Source of the DNA: Clostridiales bacterium
GTDB taxonomy: Bacteria; Bacillota; Clostridia; Christensenellales; CAG-138
Length of the DNA stretch: 64,000 bases
Direction of reading: 5' to 3'
Assembly: GCA_004556165.1 (NCBI GenBank)
Contig: SFIR01000001.1
Coordinates: forward strand, 286-64,285
Part shown: positions 17,441 to 28,975 of the stretch, in pieces
How the letters are laid out: each line of letters begins with the position of its first letter
Position numbering within the stretch: position 1 is the stretch's first letter
Position numbers and translations under genes: made by a program
Notes under the pieces: model-generated
Database searches by the model: none
What the model was told of the DNA's origin: nothing
The model's input: the letters and a program-made list of their open reading frames with translations, nothing else

Positions 17441-17541
17441 TACAAATGTGGGTAATATTATTACCATATCGTGGGAGATGTCTATTCGGGCATGCTCCGC
17501 GGTTACAGTATTTTTAATCTAATTTCAGGAGGCATAATCTT

Positions 17542-19466
<1,925 letters not shown>

Positions 19467-19491
19467 TCCTAAACGAATAACTGAATGAACA

Positions 19492-19525
19492 ACGGACTGA
19501 CCCGAAAAAGAGTCGGTCCGTTTTC
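19492..19525 (+). terminator. Rho-independent terminator after groEL
   Basis: acggactgac-ccgaaaaaga-gtcggtccgt (one G-U pair) followed by tttc. Confidence 0.7.
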
Positions 19526-19546
19526 AGTTGCAAGCAATTCGCTTTT

Positions 19547-20854
19547 TTAGAGCACTATCGCAAGCCCTATAAGCGCGGCGCCGAGCGCGGCAAGTGATAT
19601 GAGCGCCCCGTATTTTATGAACTGCAAAAAGGTCAGCTTTACATGGTGATGCTTCAATAAATCCATCCACATTATGCCTGCAAGCGCGCCGAGAGGGGTG
19701 AAGAATGCGCCGAGGTTAGAGCCTATTATAGATGCATACAGCGCAGCCGCTCTTCCGCCATCGGGAAGATAACCGATAATGGATGAAAACAGTACGCTCA
19801 TCGGGATATTATTGATTATATTCGCCGTCAGGAAAGAGGAAATGCCGAAGGTCAGAGCGTTCATATTATTGCCGGTATCAAGGAACACGGAAAGCGAGGC
19901 GGTCGTGCCGTATTTATCGAGCGCGAGCACTAATACGAACATAGCAAGAACAAACGGAATTATATCGAACGGCGCACGCTTGACCGTATCGCGCAGCAGG
20001 TGGAATCCGTTGCCGCTGAAAAGAAGATAAATGCTTGAAACTATTATTAAACTGATGCAGAAGCCGAGCGCGATCTTCCACATGGGCAGCGACAGATAGG
20101 AAGCGATGCTCAAAAATACGATGCAGCCGATGAGATGCACAAGCCCTATAATGACAGCGCCTTTATCCTCAAAACGGGCATTCGAGGTTGTATGCGCAAT
20201 GGGCTTTGCAAGCTGTTTCCTGAAAATCAAACGGAGCAGGCAGAATGAAACCACGCCCGCAAGCACGGTCGGAAGCAGCATTTTTGAGATGTATAGGAAG
20301 AAATCAATACCGGCGCTTGATGCAAGATAGATGTTCGTAGGGTTGCCGATGATGAGAGCCATGCTCCATGTATTCGCCGCAATGAATTCCGCAATGAGGT
20401 AGGGTATGGGATCGAGATCCGCGCTTAGCGTGAAATAGCAGATGAAGGGCGTAAAGGTCAGAATTATAATATCGTTCGATGTGAATACGGTGAGCAACGA
20501 TACCATGAGGTAAAGGGCGTTAAACAAGCCTCGCTGGCCCGATTTCGATCTTGCAAGCACTCTGCCTGCGAGATAACGAAAGAAACCGGCATTATCGAGA
20601 AATACCGAAATAATCGTCATCGAAATGAAAAGGACGAGTATCTTTATCGGGTTAACCTCGCCCGAAGCGGTCAGCCCCGAGAGCACCTCCTTGGGGCTCA
20701 AAAGCCCAAGGCATATTATGACGATAGCTCCGATAAGAGGAGCAAGCCAGTAAATACTGAATTGTTTTCCCTTAATGGTGATATTGGGCTTTATGAGTAC
20801 GACCGCTATCAGCACGCCGCAGCTAAGCATGACGGTAATAAGCGTTTCCAACAT
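19547..20854 (-). CDS. ArsB/NhaD (citrate transporter-like) family permease
   Basis: Polytopic membrane protein. I moved the start to the internal ATG at 20854 (MLETLITVML...; GGGAGA RBS 6-7 nt upstream). The longer ORF (to 21010) would overlap the upstream gene by 136 nt. Confidence 0.65.
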   Translation of the reverse strand: MLETLITVMLSCGVLIAVVLIKPNITIKGKQFSIYWLAPLIGAIVIICLGLLSPKEVLSGLTASGEVNPIKILVLFISMTIISVFLDNAGFFRYLAGRVLARSKSGQRGLFNALYLMVSLLTVFTSNDIIILTFTPFICYFTLSADLDPIPYLIAEFIAANTWSMALIIGNPTNIYLASSAGIDFFLYISKMLLPTVLAGVVSFCLLRLIFRKQLAKPIAHTTSNARFEDKGAVIIGLVHLIGCIVFLSIASYLSLPMWKIALGFCISLIIVSSIYLLFSGNGFHLLRDTVKRAPFDIIPFVLAMFVLVLALDKYGTTASLSVFLDTGNNMNALTFGISSFLTANIINNIPMSVLFSSIIGYLPDGGRAAALYASIIGSNLGAFFTPLGALAGIMWMDLLKHHHVKLTFLQFIKYGALISLAALGAALIGLAIVL

Positions 20855-20874
20855 GGTAATTCTCCCAAATGCGT

Positions 20875-21993
20875 TCAGTCCCTGTATTTCGGGAAGTACC
20901 TGTAAAGCGTACAGGTCATGCCGCCGTTCGATAGCTTGCGGCGCTTTCCGGCGCGTTCGCCGTAGATGCGCTCGAATTCGGGATGCGAAGCAATGATATT
21001 GACGCTCCAACCGTTAAGCTCGGAGAAAATATCGTGCATGCTGCGGTAGAGCTTCTCCGCGTCGCGCTTTTCCATAAGCCTTTCGCCGTAGGGAGGGTTG
21101 CATACGAGCACGCCGCCCTTGCGCTCCTCGTGAAGCTCACTGACGGGCCGCACCGCCCAGTTGAGCATGACTCCTGCCTTCTTTGCATGCTTCTTGCACA
21201 GATCAATTGCATGGGGATCGATATCCGAACCGGTGATGTCAAATTCGGTGTCGAGCACAAGCTCTCTTGCTTCCTCGCGCGCACGGCTGAAGGCAGGGAA
21301 ATTAAGAAAATGCCAGCTTTCAGCAGCAAATTCACGGTTCATACCGACAGCCATATGCTTTGCTATCATTGCCGCCTCAATGGGCATCGTGCCGGAGCCG
21401 CACATGGGGTCGATGAGGGGACGGCTTGCCTTGTAGCCGCTGAGAAGCACTATTGCAGCGCCGAGTGTCTCGGAAATCGGCGCAGGTACGTTGTAGGTGC
21501 GATAGCCCCTGCGAGAAAGCCCTGCTCCGCAGCAGTCGAGAGCAACTGTTACCTCGTCACGAAGAATACCTATTTCGATGATGACGGGCTTGCCGTTCTC
21601 GGGGAAATACGATGTGCCGTACCCCTGCTTGAGCGATTCAATAATAGCTTTTTTGGCTATACTCTGACAGTCGGATACCGAAAACAGCTTGCTCTTCGCG
21701 GATTTGCCGTTGACATGGATAAAGCTGTTTTTGAGAAGATAGTCCTTCCAGTGAATGCGCTTTACTCCGGTGAACAGCTCTTCGAAGCTCTCGGCGTGGA
21801 ATTCATCCACGATCATAAGCACACGCTCGGCAGTGCGCAGCCACAGGCAGGCACGAGCCATATCGAGGAAGTCCCCCACAAAGATGACCCTTGCATCCTG
21901 CACGGCTTCAACTTCAATGCTGAGCTCACGAAGCTCCGAAGCGGTGAGCGCTTCAAGCCCTATTTTACATGTTGCAATGAATCTTTCCTTCAT
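20875..21993 (-). CDS. THUMP-domain class I SAM-dependent RNA methyltransferase (RlmL/YpsC-like)
   Basis: DPMCGSGTMPIEAA SAM motif, NPPYGERL catalytic motif, N-terminal THUMP-like region. Confidence 0.85.
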   Translation of the reverse strand: MKERFIATCKIGLEALTASELRELSIEVEAVQDARVIFVGDFLDMARACLWLRTAERVLMIVDEFHAESFEELFTGVKRIHWKDYLLKNSFIHVNGKSAKSKLFSVSDCQSIAKKAIIESLKQGYGTSYFPENGKPVIIEIGILRDEVTVALDCCGAGLSRRGYRTYNVPAPISETLGAAIVLLSGYKASRPLIDPMCGSGTMPIEAAMIAKHMAVGMNREFAAESWHFLNFPAFSRAREEARELVLDTEFDITGSDIDPHAIDLCKKHAKKAGVMLNWAVRPVSELHEERKGGVLVCNPPYGERLMEKRDAEKLYRSMHDIFSELNGWSVNIIASHPEFERIYGERAGKRRKLSNGGMTCTLYRYFPKYRD

Positions 21994-23846
21994 GATCTGT
22001 CTCCGAACAGTATCGAATGCTTTAAGCTCAGCAGCTCATCGGTAAAAGAGGAGAATACGCGAAGACGCTCGAGAGCATTAGTCATGCGTCTTTCGGAAAT
22101 CCCGAAGAGCTCGCAGTATTTGTTAAATAGAGGAACTTCGCCGCTTTCGGTGACCTGCGATGCTTCCGCAATGCACATAACCGCTGCAATCATAGCACGG
22201 CGTTGTGCATCGTTCATGGTAATACCGGTATCGGCAGCGCAGGATGTAAATTGGGCTCCGATCTTGAGCGCATTGGTTTTGATCGCCTCGTCAAGCTCCG
22301 TCGCTTCATCAATATAGTCCTCAAGTGAGGTCATGAATCTTTTCAGCACCGCGGGGAGCTGCTCCTTGGGAAGGATCGGTTTTGTTGTTACCGCAACATA
22401 TAATGCTCTGCCTCCGCGGAACACGATATTGTTGTTGCCATTGGCTTCCAAATCGTTAGGATCGCTCACGGTGCTGCCGTCATCCAAATGAAGGGAAGTC
22501 AGGGTTATTTCTTTTACGCCGTCGGAGATACGAGGACTCTTGAGAACATACTGAAAAACATCCTGAAACGCCTCTTTTTTTCTGCGCGCGCAGCTGAGGA
22601 GCATGACGAACCAATGCTCGTCCGGAATCGTGACAGCCCAGCTCAACAGCTCGTGTATCTCGTTAATATCGTCATCGGTAAGGCAGTAACCGCCTTCAAG
22701 AACAGCGTTGACGTACTTACATACAGCGGATATTCTTGTTATCGTTTCAAAAACCGGCAGGTCGTAGCCTATGGCAAGCGAGTCGGGGCTCATAGGCTTT
22801 TCATCAGCACAGACCTTTTTGTAGCACGGCGCCGCAAAATCATCAGGGTTTATTCGGAGTATCCTGTCATAAAGCTTTCCTGCTGCGGCAAATTCCCCAT
22901 TCAGGATAAGGCTCCTTGCATAGCAGTGTATTATTTCCTTGGAATAGGGATTGGTTTCGTAATATTGCTTTGATATTCTGATAAGATCGTCCTTATGCGA
23001 ATCAAAAGATGCAAGCACGGTATAGACCTTTATATGATCGTTGATTTCGGTTGCGTCAAGCGTAAGCAGGGTATTGCATTCATTCTCGGCAGCCTCTTCC
23101 ATGCCGGCATTCTGATAGATAAGGGCTGCAAGGCAATGATCCTGAATGGTCTGAAGTGAACCGGGCTTCAGCGAACGCAGATATTCCGCACCGGCATCAA
23201 ATTCCTTAGCGAAAAGAAAACTCGTAAGGAGAAAATTACGCAGGGCATAGTCATTGGGATTACGCCTGAGGTAGGGCTCCAGAATCGCAATAATCTCATC
23301 ATATTGTTTGCTGTCAAGGAATTTTCCGACGCGAGTGAAAATCCTCTGCCGCTCAAAATCCGAAATATCCTGTATGGCGTCCGGCTCGGGAGCATTCTCG
23401 CCCTGCTCGGGATCTTCGTCCTCCGAATCGAAACCGAGCGCGTATTCACAGCCTGCCATTATCTCGGAAAGGATGTCAAGTTCCGCATCGGTATAGACCG
23501 CTTCGGGATCACGGGCATAGATAATGTCGTAGATATCGAGTACGGCCGCATATTCGTCGATTGCGTAGTAGTAGGTTGCGAGCATATACAGGGATGAGGG
23601 GTGGAATTCGCCGAAGCGAGCGATGAACTTGCTCGTTTGTCTGAGCGCCTCCTCGGGACAGTCCATGCAGATAAGGTACTGTACGAGCTGTACATATGCA
23701 TCCGTATTGTCGGGATCGCACGCAATGACACGGCGAATGAGCCCGAGCGCGTCAAGATAATCGCCGCGAACAGCTTTCTTTTTCGCAAGCTCCAGCAGGT
23801 CGTCCGCTGAGGAGAACATGGGAATAATATTGTTTTTTCGGGTCAT
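21990..23846 (-). CDS. TPR-repeat protein of unknown function (618 aa)
   Basis: Repeated helical TPR-like segments (AVRGDYLDALGLIRRVIACDPDNTDAY..., GKLYDRILRINPDD...). The start is set at ATG 23846, 1 nt after the hslO stop. The longer ORF would overlap hslO by 194 nt. ATGA overlap with the downstream gene. Confidence 0.6.
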   Translation of the reverse strand: MTRKNNIIPMFSSADDLLELAKKKAVRGDYLDALGLIRRVIACDPDNTDAYVQLVQYLICMDCPEEALRQTSKFIARFGEFHPSSLYMLATYYYAIDEYAAVLDIYDIIYARDPEAVYTDAELDILSEIMAGCEYALGFDSEDEDPEQGENAPEPDAIQDISDFERQRIFTRVGKFLDSKQYDEIIAILEPYLRRNPNDYALRNFLLTSFLFAKEFDAGAEYLRSLKPGSLQTIQDHCLAALIYQNAGMEEAAENECNTLLTLDATEINDHIKVYTVLASFDSHKDDLIRISKQYYETNPYSKEIIHCYARSLILNGEFAAAGKLYDRILRINPDDFAAPCYKKVCADEKPMSPDSLAIGYDLPVFETITRISAVCKYVNAVLEGGYCLTDDDINEIHELLSWAVTIPDEHWFVMLLSCARRKKEAFQDVFQYVLKSPRISDGVKEITLTSLHLDDGSTVSDPNDLEANGNNNIVFRGGRALYVAVTTKPILPKEQLPAVLKRFMTSLEDYIDEATELDEAIKTNALKIGAQFTSCAADTGITMNDAQRRAMIAAVMCIAEASQVTESGEVPLFNKYCELFGISERRMTNALERLRVFSSFTDELLSLKHSILFGDRS

Positions 23847-23847
23847 T

Positions 23848-24753
23848 TTATTTCTCAATACTGCTTCCTCCGATTTCAGCCGCATGCAGCAGCTCGGTAA
23901 GCACATCCTTACCGAATTGATACTTAGTATTGCAGAATCGGCATACGATTTCAGCCTGACCGTCCTCCTCGATAATGTCACGAAGCTCATCGGGACCGAG
24001 CGAAACGAGAACGCCCTCCAGCTTTTCACGGCTGCAGTCACAGCGGTATTCGGGATTAAGCCTTTCGGTTATTTCAAAATCAAATCCGTCAAAAAGCGCA
24101 TTGAGAGCGGTTTCAAGCTCCTCACCCTCGTCCATACGTTCCGAAAGCTTGTATATCTCGCCTCCGAGCTGTTCAAGCCTGTCTATATCCTCGTCGGGGC
24201 AGTTGGGCAGGGGAGCGAGTATGAGTCCGGCAGCCGAACGCACTTCACCCGTCATAGGTTCAACGCGCACACCGAGATAGACGAGCGAGGGCTGCTGCTC
24301 ACTTACGGCAAAATAACGCGCAAAATCCTCTGCAATCTCGCCGTTGACAAGATGACAGCTGCCGACATACGGTTCCTTGAGGGAAAAATCCCGAATAACT
24401 CTGATGTCGCCGACATGCCCGACGGCACCGCCGACGTCAAGCTTGTTGCTTTCGGTCAGGGGAAGCTCAACGGTCGGGTTCGCGATGTACCCCTTGACGA
24501 TACCGCCCTCGCGCCCGACAACGGTAATGCTGCCGGCAGGGCCGTTGCCGGAAATGGTGACGGTCATGACATCACCGTCACTTTTGAGCTTGGCACTCAT
24601 CATGGATACTGCGAGCAGAGTCCTTCCGAGAGCTGCGGTACACACGCGGCTGAGCGAGTGTATCTCTCTTGCACGCTCGACCATGCCTTTTCCTGATATT
24701 GCTATGATATTTACAGTTTGGTTAAGGAGGAGTCCCCTGATGATAGTATCCAT
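23848..24753 (-). CDS. hslO: Redox-regulated chaperone Hsp33
   Basis: C-terminal zinc centre YRCDCSREK ... CRFCNTKY. Length 301 aa. Confidence 0.9.
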   Translation of the reverse strand: MDTIIRGLLLNQTVNIIAISGKGMVERAREIHSLSRVCTAALGRTLLAVSMMSAKLKSDGDVMTVTISGNGPAGSITVVGREGGIVKGYIANPTVELPLTESNKLDVGGAVGHVGDIRVIRDFSLKEPYVGSCHLVNGEIAEDFARYFAVSEQQPSLVYLGVRVEPMTGEVRSAAGLILAPLPNCPDEDIDRLEQLGGEIYKLSERMDEGEELETALNALFDGFDFEITERLNPEYRCDCSREKLEGVLVSLGPDELRDIIEEDGQAEIVCRFCNTKYQFGKDVLTELLHAAEIGGSSIEK

Positions 24754-24803
24754 GTTTTTTCCTTTCAGACGAATAACCCCATGATGGTTTATTTAGGAAT
24801 AGT

Positions 24804-25553
24804 TTATTGTTTTTTTGCAACGAAATGCAGTCTTTCGCTTCCGGAATCTGGCTCGTTTTCGGTGATACCGGCAAAGACCCTAATATCACTGAAGCCGACC
24901 CTTTCAAGACGGAAACGAAGCTCCCGTTCGGAATGTGCGCGCTGCACATGCCTTTCGGAGAAACGCTCATACAGCGCTTTGCCTCCGTTTTGACGCGATT
25001 CAAGCTTAAAAAACTCAAGCTGCATTTCAATAAGCTTGCTTTCACAGTCGTAGTTGTTTTTCCAGATATAGCAGGCTTCCTCGCGGATATCCGAAAAGGT
25101 ATTGAAACCGAGAACTTTTTCAAGCTTATAGCGCGATGAAATATCAAAGATCAGCCTGCCGCCGTCCTTTAGAACCGAATAAGCGGACGAAAAGAATCGC
25201 TCTGCGTCGTTAAGACTTGTCAGATAGTTTACGCAGTCGCAGGGTGCGATGACGGAATCGAAACGCTTCGGAAACGAAAGACAACGCATATCCGTTTGAA
25301 GAAAAGGAATACGGAGGCCGCAGTGCCGTGCCTTTTCGCTTGCAACGGCGAGCATATCGGGGGAAATATCGCTTGCGGTTATATCAAAGCCCATCTTTTT
25401 CAGACGCAGTGTGATCTCTCCCGTGCCGCAGCCGCATTCAAGAACGCGTGCCGAAGCCGGAATAAATGAGGCAAGATATTTTGCCCAAGCATCGTAATCG
25501 ACCCCGTCCATGAACAGGTCATAAAGATACGCAAATCCCGAATATTGCTGCAT
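24804..25553 (-). CDS. Class I SAM-dependent methyltransferase
   Basis: VLECGCGTGEITLRL motif I. 249 aa. Confidence 0.8.
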   Translation of the reverse strand: MQQYSGFAYLYDLFMDGVDYDAWAKYLASFIPASARVLECGCGTGEITLRLKKMGFDITASDISPDMLAVASEKARHCGLRIPFLQTDMRCLSFPKRFDSVIAPCDCVNYLTSLNDAERFFSSAYSVLKDGGRLIFDISSRYKLEKVLGFNTFSDIREEACYIWKNNYDCESKLIEMQLEFFKLESRQNGGKALYERFSERHVQRAHSERELRFRLERVGFSDIRVFAGITENEPDSGSERLHFVAKKQ

Positions 25554-25558
25554 GGTTT

Positions 25559-27481
25559 TTATTTGCGGCGGCGCCAGTGACGGCGGCGGTTATTTGAACG
25601 ATAGCTTTGACGGAAAACGCGATTGCGCCTGCGGTCCGGCCGATTGTGGACGGCAATAAAGATGACGGTTATCACGACAAGGAGCAGTATGGAGCCGAGC
25701 ACTATCCAAAACAACAATCCGCTTCCGGGGTCCCGCGTAAGGAATTCGGAGCTTTGGCTTATCCTGTAACCGCTGCCGTAGCTTTCAAAATACCACAGAA
25801 GCGCATCGGGAACATCGGCAGTGATAATATCTCCGGCTGCGGAAAACTCCTGCCCGATAAGTGTTCCGTTATCATCCTCCGAGGAAAGAGCATAGCCGGA
25901 AGTCGATAAAATCACGAATATTCCGCCTCCGTCAACGCTTTCGGCGCGTGTATAGTAGGGCGCGCCGTTGCTGTCGAAGACCTGCTTATAGAGAATAATG
26001 CCTCCGGCTGCTTCGGGAGAGGAAGAACTGCAAAAACTGCCGTTTGTGCAGTAGAGGTAGTTCCATTCGGTCTCGCTGACGGTGTAAAGACTGCCATCGT
26101 AATAGATCCAGACGGAATATTCGGAATCCCCGGGAACCTTTGCATGGCGGATATTACCGCTTTTGCCGCTTCCGGGAGGCGGAGTGCAGGGCGAGGGCAG
26201 CGGATCGGATGAAGGACGAATGACGGGAACGGGTGTAGCGGCAGCGTGTGAGCTTGCAACGGATCGCAGTGCGATAAGGTTTACGGTTATAGGGTTGACC
26301 TCGTCGATATAGTAATCGGCAGTACCGACTATATCGCCCTGCTCTATCGGCGCATATACATCGTCAACATGCAGCTCTATCCGTACATTCGCAGGGTCAT
26401 CGCGAAGGCTCATAAGGAATACGAGCGCACCGCTCACGGAAACATTGGAAATATCGGCCTCAACTTCGAGCACTCCGAGCTGTTCGTCAAACGGGGAAAA
26501 ATCTTTGGTCTGTATAACGAAATTGGTCTTGACTCCAAGATCGGAAAGATACATCTCGTGGAAATTGCCGAAGCCCCAATCATAGATCGTTTTTGCGGAC
26601 TTATAGCGGTAACTGCTCTTCATAGTCCGGTTATTATCGCCGAACTGAATGAGAATGAGCGTTATATCGTCCTTAGTTGCGGCAGAAGCAAGGCAATAGC
26701 CGGCCTGGTTCGTTTCGCCGGTCTTGCCGCCGATGCAGTATTTGTACCTTAAATCTATATTGTCCGTTTCTTTCTTACAAATGAGCTTGTTGGAGTTTTC
26801 AAGGTGGTAGCCACCGGGATGCATATTCGTCGGCGCAACATCGTGGGTGACTGTGCCGATTACCTCCGCAACGATGTCATTCTTCAGCACGTTCTGCATG
26901 AGGATTGCAAAATCATATGCCGTAGTATAGTGCTCATCATTATGACGGCCGTCAACGGTCGCGAAATGGGTATTGACCATTCCGAGCTCAACGGCTTTTG
27001 CGTTCATGAGCTCGACGAATTTATCTATCGCTTCGGATTCGGGAACGGTATCGCCGTAGAGCTCTGCCACGACTTCAATGGCAAGAGCCTTTGCTGAATC
27101 GTTGCCGCTTCGCATCATAAGACCGTAGAGAACATCACGTATCGAGATAACCTCGCCGCCGACAAGGCCCATTAAGGAACTGGTAGATCCGAAGCCGGAT
27201 ACGGCTCTCCAGCCGATAGTAATCATCTTGTCGAGATCAACAACATTTTCGGCAACCAAAAGAGCGGTCATCAGCTTAGTCGTGCTGGCAGGATATGCCT
27301 TTTCATATCCGTTGCGCTCGTAAATAACGGTGCCGGTCTGCGCCTCCATGAGCAGGATGTACGGAGTTGAAATATCCTCGAAAGGATCGATATCCTCCGG
27401 GTCGGGTTCCGCTTTCAGTGCAAAGGGAAATGCACAAAAGAGCATTAAAAATATAAGCAGCAGGCTAAAAAACTTTTTCAT
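25559..27481 (-). CDS. D-alanyl-D-alanine carboxypeptidase (S11, PBP5/6-type) with ~230-aa C-terminal extension, TM anchor and poly-Arg tail
   Basis: Start set at ATG 27481 (MKKFFSLLLIFLMLFCAFPFALKA signal peptide). SxxK (ASTTKLMT), SxN (RSGND), KTG (GGKTGET). C-terminus LLFWIVLGSILLLVVITVIFIAV + HNRPDRRRNRVFRQSYRSNNRRRHWRRRK. Confidence 0.85.
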   Translation of the reverse strand: MKKFFSLLLIFLMLFCAFPFALKAEPDPEDIDPFEDISTPYILLMEAQTGTVIYERNGYEKAYPASTTKLMTALLVAENVVDLDKMITIGWRAVSGFGSTSSLMGLVGGEVISIRDVLYGLMMRSGNDSAKALAIEVVAELYGDTVPESEAIDKFVELMNAKAVELGMVNTHFATVDGRHNDEHYTTAYDFAILMQNVLKNDIVAEVIGTVTHDVAPTNMHPGGYHLENSNKLICKKETDNIDLRYKYCIGGKTGETNQAGYCLASAATKDDITLILIQFGDNNRTMKSSYRYKSAKTIYDWGFGNFHEMYLSDLGVKTNFVIQTKDFSPFDEQLGVLEVEADISNVSVSGALVFLMSLRDDPANVRIELHVDDVYAPIEQGDIVGTADYYIDEVNPITVNLIALRSVASSHAAATPVPVIRPSSDPLPSPCTPPPGSGKSGNIRHAKVPGDSEYSVWIYYDGSLYTVSETEWNYLYCTNGSFCSSSSPEAAGGIILYKQVFDSNGAPYYTRAESVDGGGIFVILSTSGYALSSEDDNGTLIGQEFSAAGDIITADVPDALLWYFESYGSGYRISQSSEFLTRDPGSGLLFWIVLGSILLLVVITVIFIAVHNRPDRRRNRVFRQSYRSNNRRRHWRRRK

Positions 27482-27652
27482 ATAACCAAATCCTTGTATG
27501 AGCCGAGGCTTCCTCTGATCGAATATTTTTCGCTCGTTTACAGTCATGTCGGAATTCGGCGAAACCTGTAAACATATCAATTATAATTATACAGGCTCGT
27601 AATTGATTTGTACAGTATTTTATTTGCTTGATATTAACCGGATATTTCTACT

Positions 27653-27682
27653 AAAAAATGCCGCAGCATTGTGTACTGCGGC
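27653..27682 (-). terminator. Rho-independent terminator after the pmbA-like gene
   Basis: Minus strand reads gccgcag-tacacaatg-ctgcggc followed by atttttt. Confidence 0.7.
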
Positions 27683-27702
27683 AAAGCTGACTTATTGTGG
27701 AA

Positions 27703-28962
27703 TTATAGGCCTGCGACGCTTACGCCTTTGACCTTCATTGCAAACGGGCCTTCGTAGTCGTATGCGGAGTAACGTTCATCCGAGAAAACGATGTCCTTCT
27801 GGCAGGAGAAGATTTCGCCGTTGACGGAACCGCCGGTGACGAGTGACCTGTTGCCGTTTTCATCATAGAGATATGCAAGACGAATCTCGCCTCCGAAGTG
27901 ACCGGAGAATGCATCCATCTGGAAATCGGAGAAGGAGATGGGTTCAATACAATTCTTCAGCATTTCACGATACGGCATTCCTGCATTATCGACACCTAAC
28001 TTATAGTATCTTCCGACCTGCTCAACGCCGAGGTAGTATGCAAATCGGGATTGTCCGGGCATACAGCAGAGCTTGCCGTCCTTCACAAGATCACGGTCGG
28101 TATAGCGGATGCCCTCTGCGGAGAAAGGCTCGTTGTGCAGAAGCTTAATATTCAGCTTGCTTCCGACGATATCTTCACCCTGTACGCTTTCACCGATGCG
28201 GAAATCGGAATAATGCGCAAAGACCGTGGAGGCATCGGCTCTTTCGAGATAGTAATCCAGCATAGTACGCATATGATCGCCTGTGAGCACGACATCATAA
28301 ATGCCGGCAGGTGCGCTCTTTACTGCATTAGCTCTGTCCTCAACGGCGATGATGGCTGCATTGACCTTCTCTGTCAGCGAATCGGGGTCGGGCAGGCTGT
28401 ATTCAAAGGAACGGTACTGCTCAACATCCTGAGGCTGCTTGCACTGGACGACGAATTCCCCCTTTATATCGGTGGTGGGGTAGGAAATATTCATGCCGTT
28501 TGAACCGACTAAGGTTATCCTGCATTTTTCGGCGAAGAATTCTGCGGAATTGATGAAGCCCTTATCGTGGTTGTCGGCTTTGTAAAGCGCTTCGACCATT
28601 GTCAGAGCAGCCTTTTCACAATCAAATTCGACATCGGGGAGGTTTTCAACCTCGGGCTTCGGAAGCTCATAGAAGGGGTTGGGAGCAAAGCCTGCGGCGG
28701 TATAGGCAGATTTGAGGACTGCGGTGATCTCCGCTTCGTCCATGCCGGGGTAGATATATGCGTTCCCTTCACCGCGAAGCTTCTTACCGTCAACATCCAT
28801 ATCATGCCAAACCTTGACATCGTACTTGCAGACCTTTTTCATCCTTCTGAGATCAAGCTTTTTCTTAATGAAGAAGAGCTCGCAGGATTCAATATCTCTG
28901 CGCGTAATCTGCCAAACGTCGATATTTGCATTATTTAATGCGGAAATAATAGTATCAAGCAT
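27703..28962 (-). CDS. TldE/PmbA-family protein (non-catalytic partner of TldD)
   Basis: 419 aa, lying 13 nt downstream of tldD. TldD/PmbA-fold-like C-terminal Gly-rich region. Lacks HExxxH. Confidence 0.7.
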   Translation of the reverse strand: MLDTIISALNNANIDVWQITRRDIESCELFFIKKKLDLRRMKKVCKYDVKVWHDMDVDGKKLRGEGNAYIYPGMDEAEITAVLKSAYTAAGFAPNPFYELPKPEVENLPDVEFDCEKAALTMVEALYKADNHDKGFINSAEFFAEKCRITLVGSNGMNISYPTTDIKGEFVVQCKQPQDVEQYRSFEYSLPDPDSLTEKVNAAIIAVEDRANAVKSAPAGIYDVVLTGDHMRTMLDYYLERADASTVFAHYSDFRIGESVQGEDIVGSKLNIKLLHNEPFSAEGIRYTDRDLVKDGKLCCMPGQSRFAYYLGVEQVGRYYKLGVDNAGMPYREMLKNCIEPISFSDFQMDAFSGHFGGEIRLAYLYDENGNRSLVTGGSVNGEIFSCQKDIVFSDERYSAYDYEGPFAMKVKGVSVAGL

Positions 28963-28975
28963 CTGAATTACCTCC

